Source: Octopus vulgaris (lineage: Eukaryota). Taken from it: 64,000 nucleotides of DNA. Both the position numbers and the translations under genes were made by a program. The stretch spans positions 122,574,001 to 122,638,000 of the forward strand of contig OX597817.1 in NCBI GenBank assembly GCA_951406725.2, written 5' to 3'. The notes under the pieces were generated by a model, which was not told the origin of the DNA, did not search any database, and saw only the letters and a list, made by a program, of their open reading frames with translations. Of the stretch, positions 1-13,503 are shown piece by piece (the first letter of the stretch is position 1; every line of letters starts with the position of its first letter).

Positions 1-2822
1 TTTGACTGTAGCAAGATGAGTGATTCTGTGCTATAAATACAGCTGGGTAGGCTCCAGAGTGCTAGGTTTTGCAAACTGTATTCTGACCAATCAGTGTGTA
101 GTATCACTCAATTACTTAAGCTGATTGGTTGGTTGAGCTGATTGGTTTAGGCATCACGCTTTGTTGGACAGGTCAAGAGTCCTGTATCTTGACCCTGGCC
201 GAAGCAGCAATTGTTGGGTTATTTTTAGAAATGTTGTTAATATCCTTTGTCAGAGATTTTTATATTTTTATATTTCAATTGTCATCATCAACATTGTCAG
301 CACCTTAATTATTGTTGCTAGTGGTGATGGTGGTGGCAATAGAACTTTTAACCCTAAATAAGATAATTTTCCTGCTATCTTCATCTTGATCACCTTTAGT
401 ATTGTTGTTGTTGTTAGTGGTCATGGTCGTAGCAGTGGAAGTAATACCTCTAAGTATTATTATTATTGCTTATTTAGCTTGGGTTCGAATTTATCAATAA
501 AATTCTTTTCTCTGATTTTCCTCTCGATTTCACTTGGGCTGTGTAATTTGTAGAATGGAAATATTATATATATTTTCCGACCACATGTTGCTAGGTGGTT
601 ACTCAAAGGTATCTGACGGACCTCTGGGTCTCTAATCTGTTGCCGGTGTACACGTGAGCGTTCTAATAGTGCGTTTCCCGTCTGACCTACATATATTTCT
701 TCACAATTTGGGCATTTGATGCAGTAAATTAAATTTCTGCTTTTGCAGTTCATATTCGCGTTTGTGAATATTTTCCCGGTTTTTGTGTTTATATATTGAC
801 CGGTATGTATGAATTGGCATGTGCCACATCGGCTATCATTGCATTTAGATACCTTGAATGTTTGGTCTTTGTTGCTGAGGTCAAATTTTGCCTTTGTTAG
901 TAATGTTTTCAAGTTTTTAGGCTGTCTTTTACTAAGCACCATAGCTCGATCCTTGATTATGTCTTTTAATTCATTACTTTGGGCAATGATTGGTAGGTTT
1001 GCTTTGGCAATGTTGAAGATATTCTGGTGACATGGGTTGTGTGTCACTATGAATGGTATGACTTGTTCTTGTTTTCCTCTTCCTTGGGTTGTCCTAAGTT
1101 GTTGTATAGGTATTTTTATAGCCCGCTGTATGCCATTTTCTATAAGTAGAGATGGGTATTTTTGTTTGAGCAAAAATTCTCTTAGTTCTATTAGGCGTTT
1201 GTTCCTGATATTTGCATCTTCTACAATAGTACAAATTCTTCTGGCTAGGCAGTATGGGATGTTACGTTTTGTATGTGGTGGATGGCACGACTTAAAATTT
1301 AGGTATTGATGTGTGTCTGTGTGTTTATAGTATATATCTGTGGTGATGGTGGTGTCTTTTTTAATTACCATTATATCCAGGAATGGTAATTTGGTACTAC
1401 TCATCTCCTTTGTAAATTTGAGAGATGGGTGTAGGTTGTTCAGGAGGATATTGAACTCTTCCAGAGTATTTAGAGATTCTGTCCAGATTATGAAACAGTC
1501 GTCTAGGTATCTCTTCCATGCCTTTTCAATATACTTTCTAAGTCCAGTGCCATAGTTTACCTCCACCTCTTGGTAGAGTTGTTCTTCTAAGTATCCCATT
1601 ACAGAGTTGGCGTAAACGGGAGCAAACCTCGTTCCCATCGCCGTGCCTCTAATTTGGATGTAATTCTTTCCATTGAAGAAGAATGTGTTATTTTCTAGAA
1701 TAAGTTTGACTGTGTCTAATATAAATGGCACTGTGAATCTGCTGGGAATCACTTCTCTATGTTTTTCTAACCAGTATTTAATCGCCTTTATTCCTAAATC
1801 GTGTGGAATATTGGTGTAGAGGCTTACCACATCAAAACTTAGTAAAACTGAATTTGTTTCTGTTGTTTTGGGAAGATGGGACAGGAAGTCGATGTCATCC
1901 CTGATGAAACTTGGTATGTAAGTACATAGTGGTTTCAAAACAATGTCAATAAAATTGCTTAGACGGTGTGTAGGGCATGCTGGACCAGCTATAATAGGTC
2001 TAAGTTTTAGGTCTTTTGGATGTAATAATTTTATGTACTCACTTTCTTGTTCTTTTACTGCCTGTTGAATGTTTTTTGATTTGTGTATTTTTGGTAAGCC
2101 GTAGAAGTTGCTGGGTTTTGGTTCAAAATTGGTGATGTAGTCTTTTTCATTATCCGTAAGTGAGTTGTGGTGTGTTGAAATCAGGTTGTTGATCTTTTTC
2201 ATGATGTGGTGGTCTATATTTGCGGGTATTTCACAATAGAAGGTTGTATCCTTCAGTTGGTCTTCAACCAAATCCTTATAGTATTCGGTATCCATAATAA
2301 CAATTGCACCACCTTTATCTGCTTGTTTAATTATTATTGTTTGATCGTTTTGTATACGTTTACATGCAGACATCTCTGATTTGCTAATGTTTGGCCTAAC
2401 ATTGGTATTGCGTCTAAGGGGAAATTTAGACAGGATATCAATGTATTGGTCAAGGTAGTTATTTCTTCCTTTTGGTGGGGTGAAATTTGATTTATTCCTT
2501 ACTAGGGATTCATCAATCTCATTACTTTTGTTAGCGAAGAATTCTACAAGTCGTAATTTTCGACAGAATTTTTGGATATCCTCCTTTAATTCTTGGTGGT
2601 TGGCTGTTGGTGTAGGTGTGAATTTCAGTCCTTTTGACAGAAGTTGGATTTCATCATTGTCAAGATCTCTTTTTGATAAATTAATTATTTTAGGATCTAT
2701 ACGTTCAGTTGTTTGGGGTATGTTTCCTCTTGGATTTTTTCTTTCTCCGGTGTTTGTTGTCCTGACGTAAAAAAATGGATTTTTTTCTGGTTATGATTTA
2801 TATTCCTGTTGATGTTTGCTGA
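1..2822 (-). mobile_element. Penelope-like retroelement (Neptune-type), 5'-truncated at a (TA)n tract; 3' part runs out of the window
   Basis: Contains the RT+GIY-YIG ORF. The frame stays open upstream of the ATG to about 2790 and encodes the typical PLE N-terminal motif IINLS...LLSKGLKFTPTP. Element stops at (TA)n at about 2822. Confidence 0.93.
463..2373 (-). CDS. PLE reverse transcriptase + GIY-YIG endonuclease (636 aa from first ATG; frame open from about 2790)
   Basis: RT motifs IKQADKGGAIV, FYGLPKIHK, LRPII, SFDVVSLYTNIP, GTAMG, RYLDD, LPFLD, SCHPPH. Cys linker CNDSRCGTC (Neptune-like), then LIYCIKCPNC..IYVGQT..R..H..H nuclease. No stops. Confidence 0.95.
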   Translation of the reverse strand: MSACKRIQNDQTIIIKQADKGGAIVIMDTEYYKDLVEDQLKDTTFYCEIPANIDHHIMKKINNLISTHHNSLTDNEKDYITNFEPKPSNFYGLPKIHKSKNIQQAVKEQESEYIKLLHPKDLKLRPIIAGPACPTHRLSNFIDIVLKPLCTYIPSFIRDDIDFLSHLPKTTETNSVLLSFDVVSLYTNIPHDLGIKAIKYWLEKHREVIPSRFTVPFILDTVKLILENNTFFFNGKNYIQIRGTAMGTRFAPVYANSVMGYLEEQLYQEVEVNYGTGLRKYIEKAWKRYLDDCFIIWTESLNTLEEFNILLNNLHPSLKFTKEMSSTKLPFLDIMVIKKDTTITTDIYYKHTDTHQYLNFKSCHPPHTKRNIPYCLARRICTIVEDANIRNKRLIELREFLLKQKYPSLLIENGIQRAIKIPIQQLRTTQGRGKQEQVIPFIVTHNPCHQNIFNIAKANLPIIAQSNELKDIIKDRAMVLSKRQPKNLKTLLTKAKFDLSNKDQTFKVSKCNDSRCGTCQFIHTGQYINTKTGKIFTNANMNCKSRNLIYCIKCPNCEEIYVGQTGNALLERSRVHRQQIRDPEVRQIPLSNHLATCGRKIYIIFPFYKLHSPSEIERKIREKNFIDKFEPKLNKQ

Positions 2823-2840
2823 TATATATATATATATATG

Positions 2841-2977
2841 TATGACGGGCTTCTTTCAGTCTCCGGTCAGCCCGAGGCTATAGAAGAAGACACTTGCCCA
2901 AGGTGCCACACAGTGGGACTGAACCCGGAACCATGTGGTTGGTAAACAAGCTACTTACCACAGCCACTCCTGCGCCT
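2841..2977 (-). mobile_element. tRNA-derived SINE family A, 5' part
   Basis: Reverse complement matches the head of the copy at 5415 (aggcgcaggagtggctgtg...ggttcagtcccactg). Confidence 0.85.
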
Positions 2978-3018
2978 ATATATATTTATATATATATATA
3001 TTATATATGATCTCTGTC

Positions 3019-3079
<61 letters not shown>

Positions 3080-4106
3080 GTGTGTGTGTGTGTCTATATA
3101 CACATACACACATGCATGGACAGATATTATATGTGTATTCATGTATGCACATTTTTGTGTATAAATAAATATGTTTAGACATGGTAGTTATTACAAATAA
3201 AGAACTAATGAACTAAACTGTATTTGCATATATCTAGATATATGACTGTAAACACAAGTATATATGCCAATGTGTGCTTGAGTGTACATGCCTGCAGATG
3301 TATGTGTATGTGTGTGTGTGTGTGGTTAATTTGTACAGCAATTTGATAGTAAGATAGTTTTGTTGTCTCTACTATCAGCTATGCCTGTAACCATCTTCTT
3401 CACAGCAATACTAGCTATTGTTATAGTATTCATATATGTATGTATGGTAGTATGGGAGTATGAAGTGAATGGAGTATAATGAAATGAACATCTATTGTAA
3501 AGGCTTTGTTAAAACACTTGCTTCCCCTCTGTCTCTTAGGTAGCCAGAAGATGCGCCACTATTCACCTTCTCCACTCACTCACCCACTCTCTTTCTTTCT
3601 TTCTCTCTCGCTCTCTCTCTCCTCTCCTCCTTCCTTTAGTCTTCTCTGTCTTTATTAGTACTCATATTTGCAGCCTCTCTCTAGTAGATACATAGATATG
3701 AGTGTATGTGATTGTATGTGTGCCTGTGTTCTTTAGTTCTATATTTTCTTCTTTTAACCACCATATCTAAGGCAATGCTGTAAATTTGCTTACGTACATG
3801 TATTATATATATATATATATATATACATACACACACACATATGCTATCATGGAAAGCGGACGCTAAACGATGATGATGATGATACATATATATAAATATA
3901 CATAGATATACATAGATATACATAGATGTATATATATATATACACACACATGCACATGCATATATACATATCTATATGCATACACATACATATATATACA
4001 TATATGTACATATACACACGTATGTAAATATGCTTACACATTTGTTGGTAGAGTAGGTAGGTTGGTAGGAAAATAGTTTATAGATGTATATATATGTATA
4101 TATAAT

Positions 4107-4156
<50 letters not shown>

Positions 4157-4389
4157 CGAGAGAGAGAGAAATTATATATAAGGCTGTATTAATGCAGAAA
4201 ATTTAATACAAAACATAGGGGTCAAATGACACCTGAGTGCAAAAAGGGAAAATAAAAGAGAAAAGAATTCAATATATTACTGATTTTTAAGTAAAAAGAT
4301 GGGTGCCACATTATATTGAAGATCAGATTGTACTCAAATAGGTATGATTCATCTCTCTATCTATCTATCAGTCTGTCTATGTCTATCTT

Positions 4390-4806
4390 ATTTCTTTACT
4401 GCCCACAAGAGGCTACACACAGAGGAGACAAACAAAGATAGACAAAAAGATTAAATTGATTAGATCGACCCCAGTATGTAACTGGTACTTATTTAATCAA
4501 CTCTGAAAGGATGAAAGGCAAAGTCGACCTCAGTGGAATTTGAACTCAGAACGTAGAAGCAGACGAAATACCTATTTCTTTATTACCCACAAGGGGCTAA
4601 ACATAGAGGGGACAAACAAAGACAGACATAGGTATTAAGTCGATTACATCAACCCCAGTGCGTAACTGGTACTTATTTAATCGACCCCGAAAGGATGAAA
4701 GGCAAAGTCGACCTCGGCAGAATTTGAACTCAGAATGTAGTGGCAGACGAAATTCCGCTAAGCATTTCGCCTGGCATGCTAACGTTTCTGCCAGCTCGCC
4801 ACCTTA
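4390..4806 (-). mobile_element. SINE family B, one full copy plus a tandem partial copy
   Basis: Repeated core gaaaggatgaaaggcaaagtcgacctc...tttgaactcagaa; same family at 10485, 23091, 32445, 35610 and 53039. Confidence 0.85.
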
Positions 4807-5009
4807 TATCTATCTGTATGTATGTCTGTATGTCTATCTGTTTATCTATCTATCTATTTATCGATCTACCTAACTACTGAATTTTACATTTGTTTCCTTT
4901 TTTTTCCTTTTTCTTTTTCCATCTTCAAAAAGAAAAGCTCTACATTTCTATTTGTCCCCTCTGTGTTCAGCCGTGTGTTGCCAATAAAGAAAGTTATCTA
5001 TCTACCTAC

Positions 5010-5071
<62 letters not shown>

Positions 5072-5414
5072 GTTCGTCTCTCTGTTTGTCTACTTACCGA
5101 CATACCTATCTGTCTACTTATCTATCTATGTATCAATCCATCCATTCATCTATCGATCTATCTAAGTCACCTTCTATTAATGTTGCCTGGAAACGTTCAG
5201 GGTGTACCATAAATAAAGTTTTGAAGTGATTGCAGAGCAATGTGAGATGAAGAGTTTTGATCAAGAACTGAACCCACCATTTAGTCCAGGAACTGAAACC
5301 ATGATTTTGTGATTGGGAGTGCAACATTCTAACCACTAGAGCATGCACACTCACACACAAAAACACACACACATACATACACTCATACATAAGTATATAA
5401 ATAGATACGTACAT

Positions 5415-5580
5415 AGGCGCAGGAGTGGCTGTGTGGTAAGTAGCTTGCTAACCAACCACATGGTTTCGGGTTCAGTCCCACTGTGTGGCATCTTGGGCAA
5501 GTGTCTTCTGCTATAGCCCCGGGCCGACCAATGCCTTGTGAGTGGATTTGGTAGACGGAAACTGAAAGAAGCCCGTCGTA

Positions 5581-5631
<51 letters not shown>

Positions 5632-5833
5632 TTGTGTGACTGTGTTTGTCCCCCTAGCCTTGCTTGACAACCGATGCTGGTGTGTTTATGTCCCTGTCAC
5701 TTAGCAGTTCGGCAAAAAGAGACCGATAGAATAAGTACTGGGCTTACAAAGAATAAGTCCCGGGTTCGATTTGCTCGACTAAAGGCGGTGCTCCAGCATG
5801 GCCACAGTCAAATGACTGAAACAAGTAAAAGAA
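5415..5833 (+). mobile_element. Full-length tRNA-derived SINE family A
   Basis: Pol III A-box-like (tggctgtgtggt) and B-box-like (ggttcagtccc) head, internal (TA)n/(TG)n, tail gactgaaacaagtaaaag; many copies in the window. Confidence 0.9.
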
Positions 5834-5854
5834 AAAATATATATATATATATAC

Positions 5855-6435
5855 ATCATCATCATCATCATTGTTCGACCGTGGTCGAGACAATGGAATT
5901 TACCATGCTATGCCAGACTTCACAGTCCATCATAGCATTACGGAGGTCCTGTTGCTGGATGCCTGTATCCCTGCAGATTACATCAGGGTAGGAGAGTGTG
6001 CGACCTCTGGTATTGCGAGTAGATGGCTTCCAGAGGAGAAGAGTAGAGATTGCCTCGTTTTCAGCTCTACAACAATGTCCAGCAAACTGGACTCTCCTAC
6101 CTTTCACAAGAGATGACACAGGTGGTAGTTTCCCATATATTTGCATTTTGGTTGGATGACGCTTCCACAAGAGATTTTGAGCTCTCACAAGGAGGCGAGT
6201 GTAGGTTCCATCCAACCGCCTCTCAAGGTTCTTTGATAACGTCCAGGTTTCTGAGCCATATAGTAGAATTGGTTCGACTGTGGCTTTGAAGATTTCAAGT
6301 TTGAAGTCTCTACTTAGATTTGATGACCAGATCTTATGCATGTCATTACAGGCTGACCAGGCCATACCCTTTCTAGTTAGAAAATCTTTTCCAGATGATG
6401 ATGTGTATGACACAAGATATTTGTAATCAGTATGA
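5855..6435 (-). mobile_element. RTE-clade LINE 3' fragment
   Basis: Translation PILLYGSETWTL...LDGTYTRLL...QFAGHCCR...WHSMV matches the RTE ORF C-terminus; ends in a (TGA)n tail. Confidence 0.88.
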
Positions 6436-6804
6436 GTCATCTATCTATCTATCTACATACATACATACATACATACATACATACATACATACATACATAC
6501 ATACATACATTTTATGGGATGAATGTATGATCATCCGTAAACTGGAAATTTTTCCTTAGATCTTTTCTTCATACTTTACTTTCAAATTATTTTATAAAGT
6601 CATATAGGTACGAAAGCTTGTATTGTAATAATCATATATAACTTAATTTATTAAACAAAGTTCAAGAAATTCATTCATATTTATGAAATAAAGGAGATTG
6701 GAATATGAAAAATGAAAACTATAATCCATTTTCACATCCAATCTCCTTAATTTCATAAAAAGGAATTGTTGAACTTTGTTTAATAAGTTACTGATTATTA
6801 CATA

Positions 6805-7545
6805 CAGGTGTGGCTGTGTGGTAAATAGTTTGCTTTCCAACCACATGTTTCCGGGTTCAGTCCCACTGTGTGGCACCTTGGGCAAGTGTCTTCTTCTATA
6901 GCCTCTGGTTGACCAAAGCCTAGTGAGTGGATTTGGTAGATGGAATCTGAAAGAAGCCCGTCGTTTATAAATATTTATGTTTGTGGGTCTGTGCTTGTCT
7001 CCCCAACATTGCTTGACAACTGATGCTGGTGTGCTTACATCCCCATAACTTAGCGGTTCAACAAAAGTGTACTGGGGTCAATTTGGTCGACTAAAGGCAG
7101 TGCTCCAGTATGACTGAAACAAATAAAAGAATATATATATTCTTTTATTATTTTACTTGTTACAGTAATTTGAATGTGGCCATGCTGGAGCACCACCTTT
7201 AGCCGAGCAAATCGACCTCAGGACTTAACCTTTGTAAGCCTATTACTTATTCTATGAGTCTCTTTTGCCTAACAGCTAAATTACAGGGATGTAAACATAC
7301 CAGCATCAGTTGTTAAGCGATGTTGGGGGGATGAACACAGACACACAAACATATACACACATACACGCACACACACACATATCCAACAGGATTCTTTCAG
7401 TTTCCGTCTACCAAATCCACTCACAAGGCTTTGGTTGGTCCAAGGCTATAGTAGAAGACATTTGCCCAAGGTGCCACACAGTGGGATTGAACCCTGAACC
7501 ATGTGGTTAGTAAGAAAACTACTTACCACACAGCCACTCCTGCAT
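6805..7545. mobile_element. Two family A SINEs tail-to-tail (6805-7131 +, 7141-7545 -)
   Basis: Both align to the 5415 copy, in opposite orientations. Confidence 0.85.
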
Positions 7546-8819
7546 ACATATATGTACACACACACACACACAGAGGCTTCTTAGAGTCATCCATTTGTTT
7601 CATTCCTTTCATTATATTTATGTTGAAATATGTTGATTGGTTTCTGTTAATTTTGAAAAATAGTGAAGAATTTAGTTAAGTGACTTTGTCATTTGTTGCT
7701 AGAAGATGAAGCATAGAATTTTCATGGAAAATTTTAATCTAGATCACATAAAACAGGAGGTTTGTACCACAGAATCAAAACCAGTTTCATGCAGGTAAAT
7801 ATCAAGAGCTTGGTGGTGAATTAGTGTTGAAGCTTTTATCATAGTTCACCATACTTTGAAGTTCAAATCCACCTGAGGTCAACTCTGTTTTCCATCCTTT
7901 AAAAATATTTTTGCTTTTTTTAATAATATTTTTGTTGTTTTTGTAAAATCTCAGAAAATAATTAAAAATTCGCATTTTTTGTCAAATTATTTTGTCCTAT
8001 TTGTCTATCTATCCAACTGTAAACATTTTAAATATTTCACTAACTTTTTGTTATAACTTGGCAAAAGGGTACATATTTTGCCAAAACAGTTCCAGTTGAG
8101 GAGACAGAATGGTAAGTTTGTCTAGAGTGTTGAACAGGAAGCATTGTAGTATATGCTTCAGGTTTTTGTGTTTTCATGGCAATACCTACAATAACACTGG
8201 TGCCAAACTCTTGAGTTTCCTTGTGCAAAATCGGTGCTAAGAAGATTGGAGATTTATATGAAAATGACAACTGCTGGTCTTTTATAAACCAAATCTTGAA
8301 AACGCTAACACCATGGAAATTAACTTTCCGTTTGCAGATCTATAGTCACAGCAAACATATAGAGGACCCAAAGTTTCGCAATTTTAAGGTGATTTGGCTA
8401 CGGATTCCAGCAGGTTGTGCAACCATGTAAAGCTTCATTTCCTTTTTTTCACTCATGTTTTCAGAGGTTCCAATATTTGGCATCAGCAAGAAATCAGTTT
8501 TGTAATTAAAAGCTTCAATTATGTTGCATTCACTTCCATTGTTTGCTTGAATGTGTGCGTATGTGCTTCTATTTCTGCGTATTTGTGAGTATAGTGTGGT
8601 TTGCATGCAAGCATGCACACAAACACGTGTGTGTGTGTATGTGTGTGTGTGTGTGTATGTGTGTGTGTGTATGTGTAAGTGTACCCATGCATATATGTGT
8701 ATGTTATTAGAAGTCCAATATATTAACAATGAATTTACATGCTTTATTTGTAAAACTGTTTCAATATTGAATGTGGAAGAGAAAAATTAGAGATTTCAAA
8801 TGTGTCTATATTCATAAAT

Positions 8820-8835
8820 GCATACATTCATATAT

Positions 8836-8875
<40 letters not shown>

Positions 8876-9193
8876 CATATATGTATATACATACACATAT
8901 ATGCACATATATACGTACATATACATACATATATATGCACATATATACATATATATGCACATATATACATATATATGCACATATATACATATATACATAC
9001 ATATACATACATATATACATATATATATATACACGCACACACACATATATATACATATATATATATATGCATATATACTCACATATACATACATGCTTAT
9101 ATATATATATATATTTATATAAATATATATACACATATATATATGCATGGGTATGTGTATGCCTGTATGTATTTATATGTGTTTTTGTGTGCG

Positions 9194-9262
<69 letters not shown>
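8820..9262. repeat. (TA)n/(TACA)n compound microsatellite
   Basis: Direct reading; explains the Y/I/H-rich ORFs. Confidence 0.95.
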
Positions 9263-9263
<1 letters not shown>

Positions 9264-10111
9264 TGTACTTGTAAATCTAGTATATCTATGAGTTGTCTGT
9301 AATACTGCACTGCAAAACTTAGTGATGTGTATGGAGTAGGCATATAAGTGCATTTGAATATAATCCATGATTTCTCAGTGTGTTGCATGCAGTGGAGGGT
9401 GGCAGGTATGTGTGTGGTAGGGTGAATGTGTTTGGCAATATTTGGGCAAAGACAAAAGAATGATATAAAAGAAAAAAAAACATTAAAAAAATGAAAAAAA
9501 AAAAAAAGAAAAACACAGCTATGCAATGATACTGAAGATATAGATATTTGTTTGCATAGGTATAATGACAAACATCTTTATCTCACAAATCAGTTTTACA
9601 ATAAGATACAAGATTTATATATTGTCCAGCAAGTTGTCAGTTTTGCATGAGATATAAGAACTTCATGCTAAAGGAGGAAAAACCATACCAAGCCAAACCT
9701 AACGAAAATAATAATAATGATGATGATAATAATAATAGTAATAATAATAATAATAATGATAATAATAATAATAAGTAAATAAATGATTGTCTGAACAGTG
9801 CTGATAGATTGCATTATACATACAGTCACATTGTGCATTGGTCACTTAACAATAACTGTCCATGCATGCAAAATTATTGATCAGCTCATAGATAAACTAA
9901 TTGACTTATTTCATGTATGTGTCTGTTAACAATATAAATGTGTGTGTGTGTGTGTGTGTGCACACACACGTGTGTGTGTATGCATGAAAGTGTGTATATA
10001 TGTATGTATATATATGCATGTATGTATGTTTTATAGGAATGTAAATATCTCTTTCTCTGTATAAATATATATATATATATATATACGCACATATATATAT
10101 ATGATGTTGAT

Positions 10112-10145
<34 letters not shown>

Positions 10146-10321
10146 AGTAATAATTTTGTATTCAGGTATATATCATGTAGTATGCCCCACAACTATTTGT
10201 ACAGTATCTCACTCACAAGACACCATTGCACGACAGGTCGAAATGATCGTAGTGAATAATAAAGATTCTTGAGAATTCTATTTCCTTTCTCTCAAATTTA
10301 CATACGTGCACATATACATAC

Positions 10322-10390
<69 letters not shown>

Positions 10391-10484
10391 AGTGTGTGTA
10401 TATTGTTAAACTGTTGAAGATAAAAGGATACTCAATACCTCAATCCCAAGGTAGAGATTAATGATATATTTTATTTTGGTTATC

Positions 10485-10717
10485 AAGGTGGCGAGCTGGC
10501 AGAAACATTAGCATGCCGGGCGAAATGCTTAGCCGTATTTCATCTGTCATTATGTTCTGAGTTCAAATCCCGCTGTGGTTGACTTTGCTTTTCATTCTTT
10601 CGGGGTCGATTAAATAAGTACCAGTTACGCACTAGGGTCGATGTAATTGACTTAATCCCTTTGTTCGTCCTTCTTTGTCCCCTGCTATGTTTAGCCCCTT
10701 GTGGGCAATGAAGAAAG
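10485..10717 (+). mobile_element. Full-length SINE family B with target-site duplication
   Basis: Runs aaggtggcgagctggcagaa...gggcaatgaagaaa; atattttattttggtt occurs on both sides. Confidence 0.88.
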
Positions 10718-10825
10718 ATATTTTATTTTGGTTTAGTTAGTTTTTTACTAATCTTAGTCTCAGATATAGGTACATATGAATGTCAAAATATGACATTCTG
10801 TGTATGCGTGTGAGCATATCATCAG

Positions 10826-11150
10826 TGAAGGTAGGTGGCCTACTGGTTTGGGGTATTCGGCTCACAATCATAAGGCCGTGGTTTCAATTCCCGGCAGTGC
10901 ATCGTGTCTTCAAGCAAGACATTTTATTTCATGTTCCTCCAGTTCACTTGGTTGCAAAAAGTGAGTTGTACCTGTAATTCAGTAGGGTCAATCTTTTCAC
11001 AGTACGAATCATGCTGAATCTTCCTGAGAATTACATTAAGAGTACTAGTGTCACTGGAGTACTCAGCCACTTGTATGTTCATATCACAAGCAAGCTGTTC
11101 CATTGATCAGATCACCTGGAACCCACATCATTGTAACCAATGAAGCGCCA
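10826..11150 (+). mobile_element. tRNA-headed SINE of another family
   Basis: A-box-like tggcctactggt and B-box-like ggtttcaattccc followed by a SINE-like body. Confidence 0.6.
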
Positions 11151-11374
11151 CTTATATATCATCATCATCATCATCACTATCATCATCAGTATTGTTACTT
11201 TTACATCTCCTGTTCTATGCTGATATGGGTAGGACGAAATTCATAGAGACAGATTTGCTTTGGCCCAATGCCCTTCCTGTTGCAATTCTCTGCTACTTCA
11301 AACTAAGGAAATATTTATTCGTGACCAGACATGTTTATATGGAAGACTGGAAACGCAGGCAAGGATTATAGCAG

Positions 11375-11589
11375 CCTTCACCAACTTAAATAAAGAGACC
11401 ATCCAAAAGAGATGTACAAGATTCCAAAGTCATGGTTGAAACCAGTGACGATTTTATTGAATAAATTTATTTTTTACTATTTCAAAATATTTTTATGTAA
11501 TTTTGGTAAATAAATCTGTTAAAATGAGACGTCAGTGTTATTTTCATTTTCGCCTAATTTAGACGACAGTTTATTCACCACACCCTGTA
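11375..11589 (+). mobile_element. Tc1/mariner-type DNA transposon 3' end
   Basis: Decayed transposase C-terminus (TNLNKETIQKRCTRFQS..VETSDDFIE*), then TIR-like caccctg and TA. Confidence 0.6.
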
Positions 11590-12710
11590 TATGAATGTGT
11601 GTGTGTGTATATACACATATGTATACATATATATATATATATCCTTATTATGTATTGTGTGTTGAATGAAGCTTACTCTCATTAACAAACACCACATGCG
11701 ATAGATATTTACAGACACATATATACACTCATATATATATATACATACAAAAACATATATAAACATGCACACTCATACACACACACTCACATCAATAGAT
11801 ATTATGCACATGTTTATACTCTCTGTATTAGAAAGTCTCTTGGTGCTATCATTATTGTTTTTAATACTTTATTTTGTATAGTAACTTAGTCTTTTTTCTA
11901 CTTTTCAGCTTGATAGAAGATATGTTTCATCTCATGTAAAACAGATCTATATTACTTGAAGCATTGTGTGTACTCTTAAAAACACATTTTTATTGCTAGC
12001 AAACAATCACCTCACAATATAATTTTTATGAATTTTCATACAAAGCCCTAAAGCGCTGCCAATACACACTAGTTGAGAACAAGATGTGTGTAAACTCGAC
12101 ATGTATGTATGAATATGTGTATGTGTGAGTGTGTGTCTGCGTGGGTGCATGCGTGCATGGGTGCGTGAGCAGATATTTATATATTTCAGTTGCCTCATTG
12201 TTGATAAGCTAATAGATAACAACGAGAATATATGGAATGTAAAATATATTTAATTTGCTGCTTTCTACACATATTTCTTGGTCACTAACTTATTCAGTAT
12301 TTATCATATCACTATCATCACCCTCATCAACTTCATCACAATTATCATTTACTGTCTATTTTTCTATAATGGCAACTGGTGCATATGTCTCACTGTGTCT
12401 CATAGCATAAAAGATAATTATAGGTGGCTGTGTGGTAAGAAACTGCATCACACACAGGTAAGTATCTTCTACTATAGCCACAGGTCAACTAAAATCTTGT
12501 GAGTAGATTTGGTGGGTGGAAACTGAAAGTAATTTCTTATGTATGTGCATATATATATATATGTATGTTTATTATCACAATATTAAGTTGAAGAACTGAA
12601 ACGTTGAATGTGGAACTTATATATGTTTACTAATTTATATTATTTATTTACATTATTATGTATATGTATATTTTTATGTTTATAGGAGTGTGAGTATATG
12701 CACTCATATG

Positions 12711-12843
12711 TATATCTCCGAGGAGGCCTTATGATATTTTTGTAAATGTCTCATTTATATCTATATATTGACCTACCATACAAGGCTAATATTAGTAAAA
12801 TGAGACATACTTATCTACATGGCCGAAACAGCTGTAAGATGTA
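12711..12843 (+). ncRNA. Type I hammerhead ribozyme, CCGAGGA core variant, long stem II
   Basis: Stem I tatatct/agatgta; core CCGAGGA; stem II ggcc...ggcc with internal atgtctcattt/aaatgagacat helix; GAAA; palindrome CAGCTG; TA at cleavage site. Confidence 0.75.
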
Positions 12844-13254
12844 ATCTATACTCATATTTATATTTACTTATATTCTCTTTTTTATATATATTCTATTTAT
12901 TATACAACATTACTCTTTTATGTACACTTTTTTATGTACATTCCTTTATGTACACTGATTTGTTCTGCTTTTTTATGTTTAACCCTACAGTCTCTTATAT
13001 GGTGGTTTAATAAAGTATGTGATTGAGTATTATCTGGTAATTGATATTTGATTTAGATGTATTTCTCCATTTTCTTATCTTGTATTAGTAATTTGTGGTA
13101 AATCATTTTACCTTTGCCCATATAATACAGTAAATGAATTGATTGCATCACAATCCTTAACATTTATGTATTAACTTTGTTGGGTACTTCACTAGCAGTA
13201 TATTGGATATATGTTATCCCATGGAGGGTTGCATTTACAACCCCTATCTCAATT

Positions 13255-13303
<49 letters not shown>

Positions 13304-13503
13304 GAAAAATTCCAGTGAAATCCATGAAAGTAAAGTCAGTATATCCAGTAGTAATCTGGGCAGAGTGCTGGCATGTAGATGACGATAGATGCAGAAAGTT
13401 CAGGAAGCGGTAAATATATGTAAGTCCAGAGTAGGAAGTTAAGGCAGGATAAAACTGGGGAGACCAAGTTTTTTTTCATTCTCTCTCTGTTTATTTTCTC
13501 TTC

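Noticed and set aside
5415-5490. tRNA-like heads (also 19950, 63800)
   Set aside because: SINE promoters running into SINE bodies; no full cloverleaf.
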